Source: a virus
Lineage: Duplodnaviria > Heunggongvirae > Uroviricota > Caudoviricetes
DNA length: 64,000 nucleotides
Virus record (IMG/VR): IMGVR_UViG_3300044807_000039
Span: 64,001-128,000 of that record
Strand: one strand, 5' to 3'
Part shown: positions 7,279 to 15,425 of the stretch, piece by piece
How the letters are laid out: each line of letters opens with the position of its first letter
Numbering within the stretch: the first letter of the stretch is position 1
Notes under the pieces: model-generated
The model's database searches: none
The model's input: the letters and a program-made list of their open reading frames with translations, nothing else
What the model was told of the DNA's origin: nothing
Made by a program: the position numbers and the translations under genes

Positions 7279-7821
7279 CTAGCTGACTTCCGGCCAGCTG
7301 TTTACGCTACGCTTGTCTCGGTTTTCAGCTTCCCGGCTGATTTTGTTTCCTAGTGCTTGCCAGGTTGGTAAAGGGGTATCAAGCTTAGCAATATAGATAT
7401 CTGCCTTTCCTGCTGGGTCAAAGCTTACCGTTGGCATGTTATTGCTAATGTAAACAAAGTACTTGTCGCGGAATTTAATAGCCGCTTCATGCCAGCCCGG
7501 CGACTTATCCAGCGTGGTATCCGCACGGTGTGCATCCCAACCTGCATTAGCAATCAAACCCCAAGCAGCTTCCAGCATATCGTCAACCAATTCTTTTTCC
7601 TTATTTTCCTTGGCTACAATCGAGTCCTTTTCCTGCTGGATTTCTAGCTGCTTAGTTAGGATGCTAAGCGTACGGCCGTATTCATTAATTTTGCGGCTGA
7701 TATCGCGCGGGTTGTCACCACCAATTGCGTCCGACTTAGCGTTGGTGAATCGTACGGCAAGCGCAGCAATTCGGTATTCTAGACTGCTAATTGCTTTGGT
7801 TAGGTTTTCGGTTTGGGTCAT
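7279..7821 (-). CDS. hypothetical coiled-coil protein
   Basis: 180-aa ORF, RBS AAGGAA. Confidence 0.8.
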   Translation of the reverse strand: MTQTENLTKAISSLEYRIAALAVRFTNAKSDAIGGDNPRDISRKINEYGRTLSILTKQLEIQQEKDSIVAKENKEKELVDDMLEAAWGLIANAGWDAHRADTTLDKSPGWHEAAIKFRDKYFVYISNNMPTVSFDPAGKADIYIAKLDTPLPTWQALGNKISREAENRDKRSVNSWPEVS

Positions 7822-7855
7822 TGTTTTCCTTTACTATTCAATTACCGCTTGTAAA

Positions 7856-8011
7856 TTAGACCTCTAGATTTTTAATTACCTGATTGAGTTCGTTGACCAA
7901 TAGAGCAAGCTGTATCGCTTCATCTGGATTAAGCTTTCCTTCTGCCAGGGTGGCCTCCCCCGCGTTTAAAATTGCCGCGAGCATATTCTCATAAAACTTT
8001 TTTAGATTCAC
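7856..8011 (-). CDS. small hypothetical protein (51 aa, not in track)
   Basis: GTG start, VNLKKFYENMLAAILNAG...KNLEV*. Confidence 0.55.
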   Translation of the reverse strand: MNLKKFYENMLAAILNAGEATLAEGKLNPDEAIQLALLVNELNQVIKNLEV

Positions 8012-8012
8012 T

Positions 8013-8222
8013 CTATTCCTCAAACAATTCATACTCAGCTATTCCGTAGCCCCGCCACACCAACGAATACTTTTTTATTTGGCTATCATCAATAAATTCA
8101 TATTCGAAGGGCGGCGGATTTGCTACTTCTGTATGCCTACCTAGCAAAGGACCATTACGAAAATACCCAATGACCAGCTCCGAATTTGCTTTCGCAAGCT
8201 CAGCCACGATGCTTGATTTCAT
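8013..8222 (-). CDS. hypothetical protein
   Basis: Likely start MKSS at 8222 (track start 8267). Confidence 0.6.
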   Translation of the reverse strand: MKSSIVAELAKANSELVIGYFRNGPLLGRHTEVANPPPFEYEFIDDSQIKKYSLVWRGYGIAEYELFEE

Positions 8223-8442
8223 AGGTGGTAATCTTATTGTCTTCCCACTCAATACTAGTAGTTCCATTCTGACCGTGGATATATTGCACGTCCTCGATGG
8301 AATTGTAGAAGCTAATGCTTGTGTGCTCGGTAAGCCACGTCATTGCCACTAGACCATTATCGAATTCGGTACCCTGTGCGACGCGGCCTTCGCCGCTAAT
8401 GCCGCTGGTATCCTTAGTCCTATTTAGCCAAAAATTACGCAT
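8200..8442 (-). CDS. hypothetical phage protein (DxSG(V/I)SGxGxVAxGxEF motif)
   Basis: 80 aa, RBS AGGAG. Confidence 0.75.
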   Translation of the reverse strand: MRNFWLNRTKDTSGISGEGRVAQGTEFDNGLVAMTWLTEHTSISFYNSIEDVQYIHGQNGTTSIEWEDNKITTYEIKHRG

Positions 8443-8453
8443 TGTTTAATCTC

Positions 8454-8660
8454 CTATAAATTATTTTGTAATGCTTCTAGCTCCGCGTCCGATCGAGCTA
8501 TGCGGTTATTTTCTAATGCGAAAAGAATTACTTTGCGAACGGCAATAGCATCTGCTATCCATTGCAATTCCTTTTTACCTAGAGTTTTATTCTTCCGGGC
8601 AACGTAAGCTTCATCCCTCGCGATAAACCCTTTGAGATCAGCGATAATTTTTTCGCTCAT
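8454..8660 (-). CDS. hypothetical protein
   Basis: 68 aa, RBS GGAGGAG. Confidence 0.75.
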   Translation of the reverse strand: MSEKIIADLKGFIARDEAYVARKNKTLGKKELQWIADAIAVRKVILFALENNRIARSDAELEALQNNL

Positions 8661-8928
8661 TATTACTCCTCCGTGCTAGCTGCTTATCGATAGCCTCTTC
8701 TGCTTTAAGCAATCTCCTATAGGAGCTAACAGAAAGAGATTTATTTTTAAGCTGCAAATGAATTAGCATTTTGAGAATTCTAAGAACTATCAACGCGCTC
8801 CCCCTTTATTTTTTGGTTAAGATTCACAAGATCCTTTTGTAGCTGAATCCTACATGCGGCTTCTAGCTTATTGCTCTTTAATTCCTTTACTACAATTTTC
8901 CGCATTGCCAATAAACCTAGGTGTTTAA

Positions 8929-9375
8929 CTACCATTGGATATCCTTTGATTTGTTTAATGGATAGGTTTTCCTAAGCTCTCTAATTCCCCCGGGAACTAG
9001 AATTGAAACAACCTCACTCACTACCTTCTTAGGCATATCGTAATACTTAGCAATCTTTGTAATGGTAATTCCTTGCTTAATGTATTCGACGTATTGCCAA
9101 CCCGGTTGCTTTGGTCGGAGATTATCTAAAGCAGGATTCATTTTGTCATGGTCAATATGCTGCAATCCACCAAATGGAATCTCGGATTTAAATGCTCGCC
9201 ATATCTCCCTATGCACCAGAATTCCAATTGAATTTCCGTCCCCTTTAGGAATCGTTGTGAATGCATATCCATTTTTATTGGTGGACAGCTGGAGGTGTCT
9301 TTGCTTATGCGGGGACCAGATTCGGCCGTCTTCGCCTAGCATGTAGCCCGTGTTGTACAGGTCGTGTGTCCGCAT
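8929..9375 (-). CDS. HNH endonuclease with C-terminal HTH-like segment
   Basis: LVHREIWRAF...HIDHDKMNPALDNL HNH motif; RBS GGAGG. Confidence 0.75.
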   Translation of the reverse strand: MRTHDLYNTGYMLGEDGRIWSPHKQRHLQLSTNKNGYAFTTIPKGDGNSIGILVHREIWRAFKSEIPFGGLQHIDHDKMNPALDNLRPKQPGWQYVEYIKQGITITKIAKYYDMPKKVVSEVVSILVPGGIRELRKTYPLNKSKDIQW

Positions 9376-9424
9376 GTGTGCCTCCGTCCGTGCGCGTAAG
9401 TGCAGTCGTAACTACTTCTCTTCG

Positions 9425-9453
9425 AGTTTAGCACACCATTAAAATGATGTCAC
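9425..9453 (-). promoter_or_regulatory. sigma70-type promoter of the HNH gene
   Basis: GTGACA-N17-TAAACT with TGTG extended -10. Confidence 0.5.
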
Positions 9454-9486
9454 CCTTGCTGTGCCGCCCTATTTATTAAGGTCAGA

Positions 9487-9635
9487 CCCCGTAACACGCG
9501 AAAGTAACAAATGGTAACACGGTGGGTAACAACCAAAAACCTACACAGAGAGTGAGAGTAACAAAAAGTAACACTACTCTCTGTGTAGGTGACAAGCCGT
9601 AACACGGGGGTGACACTAGCTTCCGGTGAGTAACC
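9487..9635 (+). repeat. phased 8-bp direct-repeat array RGT(A/G)ACAM with a nested 14-bp inverted repeat (candidate clt locus)
   Basis: GT(A/G)ACA cores at 9491, 9504, 9514, 9526, 9558, 9568, 9589, 9599 and 9610, plus GTAACC at 9630; inverted repeat CCTACACAGAGAGT 9540-9553 / 9576-9589. Confidence 0.85.
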
Positions 9636-10143
9636 AGATGTTAATTTCATTCAAATCCTGCTGGGTGATACCAATAGAAGGATCAACGTAGTGGAGCTTT
9701 GTACGTCCGTGCCTACGCCCTAGCATGAATGCCTGGCCCTCGCGCTTAAAAAATTTGAAGTCATCGTCCATCCAAACCAAATCCCGATTCTTTGCAAAGT
9801 CACCGACGCCCTTAAATTTCCAGACATTCTTATTGCGCAAATCGAAACGGTCAAACTGGACGACCGGCCAATTCTCAGTAAGTCCGATCTTGGGACCAAC
9901 CCAACTATTAGCCTCATCCATCCAGGTTGTAGCCCACGCCAATTCCATTCCCGCGTTCTTCGCATATTGGGTTAGCATAGCCCCATGGTCTTCATTCAAC
10001 CAAACCCTAAATGGCTTGTCGGTCCAACCTGCTGGGGAATATCGATAGGTACTGTAGCCCTCGGGTCGGCGATGTGACTTGGCTCGCCAAGGATTCAATG
10101 GACCATCGACATCAACCAGCAGGAGCGGTTTCGTATTTGTCAT
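9616..10143 (-). CDS. HAD-superfamily phosphatase (HAD_SAK/RNA-repair type)
   Basis: LLLVDVDGPLNP (DxD motif), WATTW and WMDDD motifs; start MTNTK at 10143. Confidence 0.8.
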   Translation of the reverse strand: MTNTKPLLLVDVDGPLNPWRAKSHRRPEGYSTYRYSPAGWTDKPFRVWLNEDHGAMLTQYAKNAGMELAWATTWMDEANSWVGPKIGLTENWPVVQFDRFDLRNKNVWKFKGVGDFAKNRDLVWMDDDFKFFKREGQAFMLGRRHGRTKLHYVDPSIGITQQDLNEINIWLLTGS

Positions 10144-10152
10144 TGGCACTCC

Positions 10153-10686
10153 TTAGCATTTAGTATTCCTGATGGCATTCGTTTCGCGCTGATCATAGGA
10201 GAGCCTGTAGAATTCCTTTACAGCCCTGTATCGACCAATGTAATTACAGATAAATTTTGGCTGCGGCAAGTAGCTACTAGGATCCTTGTCGCCCTTACTC
10301 CTATTTGAACTTTGGGAGACTGCAATAAGGTTGGTAGGATCGTTGTAAAATTTTGCCATTTGTGAGCGTGTCCAAAGGTTAGCACCGGAGTCCCAAGCTT
10401 CCTTGAGTGGGACAATGTGATCGATGTCCATCTTGCTTGAATCGGTAATAGCAGCACTATCGTATGCACTAATCCAGACACCACTAATAGGGTGGCAATC
10501 ACTGTCCACTATGACGTCCTTACCGTCCCGCTGCAAGATCTTTTCACGCGTGTCACAGTTGCCCGTTTTCGACCAGTCGCCCCAGGAATCCCGATTGTAG
10601 GCAGCGCTATAATCAACGCTCTGGGTACATCCGGTCAGAGCAAGAACCGACAGCAGAATCGAACTGATAATAATCTTAAGCTTCAT
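10153..10686 (-). CDS. DUF1524-type HNH nuclease, predicted lipoprotein
   Basis: Signal peptide with lipobox LTGC; DIDHIVPLKEAWDSGA and NLIAVSxSSNRSKGDKDP motifs; start MKLK at 10686 with RBS AAGGAG. Confidence 0.8.
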   Translation of the reverse strand: MKLKIIISSILLSVLALTGCTQSVDYSAAYNRDSWGDWSKTGNCDTREKILQRDGKDVIVDSDCHPISGVWISAYDSAAITDSSKMDIDHIVPLKEAWDSGANLWTRSQMAKFYNDPTNLIAVSQSSNRSKGDKDPSSYLPQPKFICNYIGRYRAVKEFYRLSYDQRETNAIRNTKC

Positions 10687-10702
10687 GAAGACTCCTTTTA
10701 TA

Positions 10703-10747
10703 AAAAGCAAGTGCGCCACATAGAAATTTAACTATGTGGCGCACTGC
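10703..10747 (-). terminator. intrinsic terminator after traB
   Basis: 13-bp perfect inverted repeat GTGCGCCACATAG/CTATGTGGCGCAC followed by TTGCTTTTT on the minus strand. Confidence 0.75.
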
Positions 10748-10754
10748 CTATTTA

Positions 10755-12599
10755 TTAATTTCTCTTGCGTAGATTCGGTGGGAACTTGTAGGTTGCATCC
10801 TCCTTCTCAAGCTCGCCTCCATCTACCTTAACCTGTAATTGCTTATATAGCCATGCTCGTGACAAACCTGTTACCAGCAAAACATCTGCTAGCTTGGGTG
10901 CCTCAAACTCGGTACCCTGTGCTCGCAAGTCCTGCAATGCTTCCTCAAGTACAGCCTTAGCTTCCTCAGCTGGCATCTTAACAGGCTTGTCAAACTCTAG
11001 CAAGACGTCGTGCTTGGCTTTGAGTTCTTCAAGCGCTTCTAGATCATCTTCCACTTCTTCACGTTCCTCCTCCGGATATAAGTCGTCTAGCTCTTCTTCA
11101 TCATTCCCGGGATCTTCATCAAGCTCTGCCTGATATAGATCTCCCAGCGCTCCCAGCGTAACAGGGTCGGTCTCATGGGGCAAGCGGTTCTTTCCCGCCT
11201 CCTCAAGCTCCTCATTTTCTATTAGCAGGGTTCGAGCTGGAGTAGTCCAGTACTCGTCATCTGCGTCAGGATGAACAAGGTAATTATAGCCTTGACGCTT
11301 GTTTTTCCAAATAGCTGGGTTTGCACCTGCATCTGTAACCTCATCTGGCAAAGCAAATGTTGCATCCGAGATGTCTGCTACGCCGAAGCATAGCACCGAA
11401 CTAAATTGCGCGCGGGCAGCTGTATCAACCGCAACATGACTAGCACGCTGCAAGCTGGCTGTAATTTGAATACCAACTGAACGGGCGGTCTCCATCATCT
11501 TAATGAAAGCGGGGTTATTGGCAATAAGCCCCGAAGCCTCTTCAACATGCAAATAAATGAAGCTTAGACCGCAACCTGGCTCCCATTTAGCCAATCGCTT
11601 TCTACCTAGATAGTCAGCTCTAGCTTTTACTAGCTTGGGAAACTTTTTAAAAAGCAGGTCCGCAATTTTTTCCTGGGTAATAACCCAGTCAAGGTAAGGC
11701 ATGACAACACCAAGGGTTTGTTCTCCCTTGGTAATATCAATTACCCACATCTCGGTTTCGGAACGTTTGAAGGCTTCTGCAAAAATGACCTTCGCGGCTT
11801 CGGATTTACCCGAACCATTCATTCCCTGGATGAGCATATGCACCGCACCTAAATGCTTTGAATGCAAACTAAACTGCTCTGGAGTTCCGTCTTCGTACCA
11901 CCCAATGGTCATTGGATCATTTGGTGTTAACTTTTCATCCAACCAAACGTATGGTCTGGTTTCCTTAAGCAGATCTCGCTTTACTAATTTGAAATATGCT
12001 TTGGATGAATCGTCGGCATCGGTACGAATGCGCACTCCGTTCGCAGGTGCCCCAAACAGGCTAGCTAATCGGGGCTGTAGCTTTTGCAGATCGTCTACCG
12101 TGTTAGAACCTCGCTTGAGATTAATAACTCCCTCAGCCGTATCCTTGCCACGTTTTGTAAACTTGTAGCGAGTCCCCGGCATGCCTGCATCGGTGAAGAA
12201 CTTATCTATTGGATCTTCCCGGGGTTCCGAACGAATGGCATGTCTAATGTTCCAACTAAGACCTAGAGTTAACCCACCAAGTAACCAAACGAGAAATATG
12301 CTTGGACTGGGTCCAGCAATTACCATTGCCATTATAAATCCACCAGAAGCGATCATACTCAATAGGGAATGGAATCGACCGAATTCTCTTCGATCTTGTG
12401 AAGCCTTCCAGGTGAATAAACTAAGTATGCTTGTTGAAATACCTAACGATGCTGCTATCTCTGCTGTGTAGTTTGCTTTAAGCCCGATAAGCCAAAGAAC
12501 GACACTTAACGCGCCAACCAAGCCCATAGCAAAATAGGGTTGCAAGAGTAGCATACCCTGATTTGAGGTCTTTTCTACTACCTTCTTGGCACGTTTCAT
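10755..12599 (-). CDS. traB: TraB-like FtsK/SpoIIIE DNA translocase (actinomycete conjugative transfer protein)
   Basis: 614 aa; N-terminal TM helices, Walker A GMNGSGKS, Walker B-like HVEEA, ARSVGI...SLQR motifs, acidic linker, C-terminal wHTH (GLSRAWLYKQL). Confidence 0.8.
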   Translation of the reverse strand: MKRAKKVVEKTSNQGMLLLQPYFAMGLVGALSVVLWLIGLKANYTAEIAASLGISTSILSLFTWKASQDRREFGRFHSLLSMIASGGFIMAMVIAGPSPSIFLVWLLGGLTLGLSWNIRHAIRSEPREDPIDKFFTDAGMPGTRYKFTKRGKDTAEGVINLKRGSNTVDDLQKLQPRLASLFGAPANGVRIRTDADDSSKAYFKLVKRDLLKETRPYVWLDEKLTPNDPMTIGWYEDGTPEQFSLHSKHLGAVHMLIQGMNGSGKSEAAKVIFAEAFKRSETEMWVIDITKGEQTLGVVMPYLDWVITQEKIADLLFKKFPKLVKARADYLGRKRLAKWEPGCGLSFIYLHVEEASGLIANNPAFIKMMETARSVGIQITASLQRASHVAVDTAARAQFSSVLCFGVADISDATFALPDEVTDAGANPAIWKNKRQGYNYLVHPDADDEYWTTPARTLLIENEELEEAGKNRLPHETDPVTLGALGDLYQAELDEDPGNDEEELDDLYPEEEREEVEDDLEALEELKAKHDVLLEFDKPVKMPAEEAKAVLEEALQDLRAQGTEFEAPKLADVLLVTGLSRAWLYKQLQVKVDGGELEKEDATYKFPPNLRKRN

Positions 12600-12940
12600 T
12601 AGACTATCTTAAACTTATCTACCTTAGTCTTCTTTGGTGCTGCGGCAAGCTCCTCAACGAAGCGCTGCTCAAACTGTATCCAGGTTGCGGTACTCTGACC
12701 GGCCGCTAATTTACAAAGCTCTGCTGCCTTGCGTAAGGTTCCCGCAACAACTCTTGCACGAACGGAATTCCTAATGCCCTTAATGCTACGTAGGTTCGCT
12801 TGTAGCATTTCGGCGGAAAAAGAAATATCAATGTATAACTCGTAGAGGATAGAACGAAGATCTGTTAGGTATGCCCTAAGCTCCTCGTTATCCCCTAGTT
12901 CGCGATTCTTAATTTTCGCCATCTTTGTAGCTGCTATCAC
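12599..12940 (-). CDS. traA: TraA-like plasmid/AICE transfer protein
   Basis: GTG start at 12940 after AGGAGG; RARVVAGTLRKAAE...TWIQFEQRF..EL pattern recalled from actinomycete TraA; TAATG-coupled to traB. Confidence 0.6.
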   Translation of the reverse strand: MIAATKMAKIKNRELGDNEELRAYLTDLRSILYELYIDISFSAEMLQANLRSIKGIRNSVRARVVAGTLRKAAELCKLAAGQSTATWIQFEQRFVEELAAAPKKTKVDKFKIV

Positions 12941-12964
12941 TAGTTTTACACCTCCTAATCTTTG

Positions 12965-12993
12965 ATGGTAACAAACCACACGCAGTGTGTCAA
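12965..12993 (-). promoter_or_regulatory. sigma70-type promoter of traA-traB
   Basis: TTGACA-N17-TACCAT; GGTAACAA overlaps the -10 and GTTACC abuts the -35. Confidence 0.7.
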
Positions 12994-13009
12994 CGTTACC
13001 TGGTGTAAT

Positions 13010-13300
13010 CTATTCGGTTACAGCATCCATGAATCTATCGTTATTATTTGGGAACTTGGTATTGTAGTCCTGAATAATAATGCCACCGGTTACAAATAGT
13101 CGTTCTTTGAATCCGGTGACACTATCTAGTCCAGATATCTCGGAATCATATTCGAATGGACAACTGAGAACGTCACCATCCAAGAAATGAAAAGTGAGGG
13201 TGCCGTCGATACCATCGTAGACACCCTCCACAACTCTTACACCTTGGGTGTAAAATGTTTCTTTAATTTGATATAAAAAATCTGCTTTAATTAGCATCAC
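13010..13300 (-). CDS. hypothetical protein
   Basis: 96 aa, RBS GGAGG. Confidence 0.7.
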   Translation of the reverse strand: MMLIKADFLYQIKETFYTQGVRVVEGVYDGIDGTLTFHFLDGDVLSCPFEYDSEISGLDSVTGFKERLFVTGGIIIQDYNTKFPNNNDRFMDAVTE

Positions 13301-13321
13301 TAGCCTCCTAGGCTAATGATA

Positions 13322-13840
13322 TCATCCTTGAGACCATTTTTCCCACTGGAGCTTTTGAAACTTAGCATCCCATAATGCGTGGTGTCCAGGGTATTCAGCC
13401 GGTCGTGGTGGTGGTTGCTGTAATCCACGAATTGTCATGTCCTCATTGGTAAACATGGGTACAGGCTCGGGAAGATTGATCATTGGCCCATAGAGCTGTG
13501 CGAGCGTAACGTGATCGTAGGCACTGCAATGCCCCCAAAGCTCAATGTCTTCACGCGAGGTGTAACGGCCATTGTCGGAAATGAAATCAAGAACGATCTT
13601 CGGGAATGCTTGAATAGTGCAGCCGAATTCTTTAATATCCTTTGGTGGGATCTTATCCAGTACATTATTAATTACCCACAGGTGTGGCTTAACCAAGCCC
13701 TGCTCATATCTCCTGAAATAGGTAGAGTTAATGAGGTAAAGCTCGCGGCCATCTTCCGCTACCATGCCGAGACTAATTGGCTCGATTGTGCGGCCATTCT
13801 CGTCAAACTCCCAGTCGTACCAATATTTTTGTTCCGTCAT
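13322..13840 (-). CDS. DEDDh 3'-5' exoribonuclease (Rv2179c/RNase AS-like)
   Basis: YDWEF..NGRTIEPISLGMVAEDGRE.Y, YDHVTLAQLYG and HHALWDA motifs. Confidence 0.85.
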   Translation of the reverse strand: MTEQKYWYDWEFDENGRTIEPISLGMVAEDGRELYLINSTYFRRYEQGLVKPHLWVINNVLDKIPPKDIKEFGCTIQAFPKIVLDFISDNGRYTSREDIELWGHCSAYDHVTLAQLYGPMINLPEPVPMFTNEDMTIRGLQQPPPRPAEYPGHHALWDAKFQKLQWEKWSQG

Positions 13841-13841
13841 G

Positions 13842-14249
13842 CTAATTCCTTAAGTTCCATAGGGTTACGCTATTAATAATAATGTGGATCATATTGTCTG
13901 CAATAATCATAAGCCAGGTAGCCAACCATATTGGCGTGCTGTTGGGGTAGCCAGTCTTTTTGGAATCTTCCCAGCTTGGCCAATATTTCCGGGGAGCTAA
14001 AAAGTTCTTAGCAAATACAATATGCTTGGCTAAACGATATCTGTCTATTACGGCATGGGTTCCGCCAATAATAAGCAATGCTAAAATGTTTTGGGTGAGC
14101 AATAGGAAAGGCAGAGTATAGCTAAGCGCATGTAAAAACGCTGGCCACCAACGTTTCAGCTTTTCACTAGCCATCCAATTAGATTGCAGTAGATAATCAC
14201 CCACAAAATGGAGCAAAACGCCCCAAAATAAAAGCTCAATAAGTTGCAA
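13842..14249 (-). CDS. DUF3307 family membrane protein
   Basis: HFVGDYLLQSNWMA..K, HAVIDRY and DNMIH motifs. Confidence 0.8.
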   Translation of the reverse strand: MQLIELLFWGVLLHFVGDYLLQSNWMASEKLKRWWPAFLHALSYTLPFLLLTQNILALLIIGGTHAVIDRYRLAKHIVFAKNFLAPRKYWPSWEDSKKTGYPNSTPIWLATWLMIIADNMIHIIINSVTLWNLRN

Positions 14250-14299
14250 TATTCCTCATTAATTTGCATAAAATGCCTGAAAATGAGCTACAAATCGCA

Positions 14300-14497
14300 T
14301 TAATCTGCAATATTTAGCAATGGGCTGTTTTGGTAAAATTTGACTAATTCTTGATCATGCAGCAAAATATGTTGCTGGCAGCCGCTACAAACGTTAATAG
14401 GAAATGTGCCGGGAGATAGCGACATTGCAACTATCTCACCGGAGCACACGTGATTTCTATACAACGAATGAGCGCATCTGCAATTTAGCATGTTCAT
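14300..14497 (-). CDS. Cys-rich hypothetical protein
   Basis: 65 aa, several Cys/His. Confidence 0.6.
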   Translation of the reverse strand: MNMLNCRCAHSLYRNHVCSGEIVAMSLSPGTFPINVCSGCQQHILLHDQELVKFYQNSPLLNIAD

Positions 14498-14531
14498 ACG
14501 CTCGCCTCCATTGGCGAATTATAACATCTAG

Positions 14532-14858
14532 CTAATTATCAGCAGACTTTCTGCAAACCCACTTGACAACCGTAATAGTTTCCTCAGTGCGGAAAACTTC
14601 CTGTGGATCATAGGTTTCCCATTCTTCCTGCATTTCGGAAGAAGGCTCACCTACGGTTACAGAAACGTAGCGGTCTTCAGCAGGGATATGGTAGACGATT
14701 TCGTAGTCGTTAAACCACCGACGCTTGCCAATAAATTCTTTGCTTACGATTACCGGCTGGTAGTACTCCTTTTCGGTGAGTCCACTTTCCATCGCGTTAT
14801 CTGGAGAGATATCCCTATTTTCTTTAAAAAGAACAAGCAGCTTTTCGGTCAACGACAT
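14532..14858 (-). CDS. hypothetical protein
   Basis: 108 aa. Confidence 0.75.
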   Translation of the reverse strand: MSLTEKLLVLFKENRDISPDNAMESGLTEKEYYQPVIVSKEFIGKRRWFNDYEIVYHIPAEDRYVSVTVGEPSSEMQEEWETYDPQEVFRTEETITVVKWVCRKSADN

Positions 14859-15206
14859 TTAAACATCCTTCCAAATTACTTCTGCTTGCTGTACTCGATA
14901 ATCTTTGGTGCCTGGCTTGCTTTGTCTAGTTGCCATTCCACGAGCAGCACCGATGGTCCTATAGAGTCTATCAATGATTCCTCTTTTACCGACAATTCTA
15001 TACACGTACTGTGGAATGTATTCCAATTCATTTTCTGTTACATGTAGCAAACGTGTCGGGCGTTGACTCTTATAAAAGAAGGTTCTAATAACATAGACCG
15101 GATTTGCTGGGGTGCCGTTAATTTCTATAATGGTAGAAAGTTCGCCATTCGATTCATTTGATTCTGGACCGATATAGCGAACTTCTTCGCCTTCAATGAA
15201 TTTCAT
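14859..15206 (-). CDS. hypothetical protein (SH3-like N-terminus)
   Basis: 115 aa, RBS GAGGAG. Confidence 0.75.
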   Translation of the reverse strand: MKFIEGEEVRYIGPESNESNGELSTIIEINGTPANPVYVIRTFFYKSQRPTRLLHVTENELEYIPQYVYRIVGKRGIIDRLYRTIGAARGMATRQSKPGTKDYRVQQAEVIWKDV

Positions 15207-15209
15207 TAA

Positions 15210-15425
15210 CTACTCCTCGGTAGTTTGGAAAGGTAGAGGTCCAATGTACTCCCATTTGGAGTGCATGGCAAGAAGCTTTTCAGCGTCCTCTTTGTTGGTC
15301 TGCATAATTAAAGTGGCAAGAGCATCGTAAATACGCAAGCTAACAACCAGCTGCATTTGCTGCATGTCTGCCATCTTTTGCATTAGAGCTGGAACCGTAG
15401 CTTCTGGATCAATCAAATCTGACAT
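15210..15425 (-). CDS. hypothetical protein
   Basis: 71 aa. Confidence 0.7.
   Translation of the reverse strand: MSDLIDPEATVPALMQKMADMQQMQLVVSLRIYDALATLIMQTNKEDAEKLLAMHSKWEYIGPLPFQTTEE

Noticed and set aside
7096-7351. Similar strings TCCCGGCTG(G)ATTTTGTTT at about 7097 and 7331
   Set aside because: Both are inside coding sequence, imperfect, and only two copies; chance or an old micro-duplication.
9487-9635. CRISPR array interpretation of the GTAACA repeats
   Set aside because: Repeats are only 6-8 bp with 2-5 nt gaps; there are no 25-40 nt unique spacers and no cas genes.
9450-9650. Track ORF of 66 aa across the repeat array
   Set aside because: Its V/T-rich sequence is simply the translated repeats, and it overlaps the HAD gene end without a convincing RBS.
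10894-12471. Antisense track ORFs within traB, and similar ones in nrdJ, the tape measure, tail genes and dnaE
   Set aside because: Shadow frames of long genes, with Ser/Leu-rich composition and no RBS.
10755-12993. Calling the tra region an integrated AICE or plasmid
   Set aside because: No integrase, excisionase, RepSA/RepAM, att-like flanking repeats or GC shift is apparent; the genes look ameliorated to phage composition.
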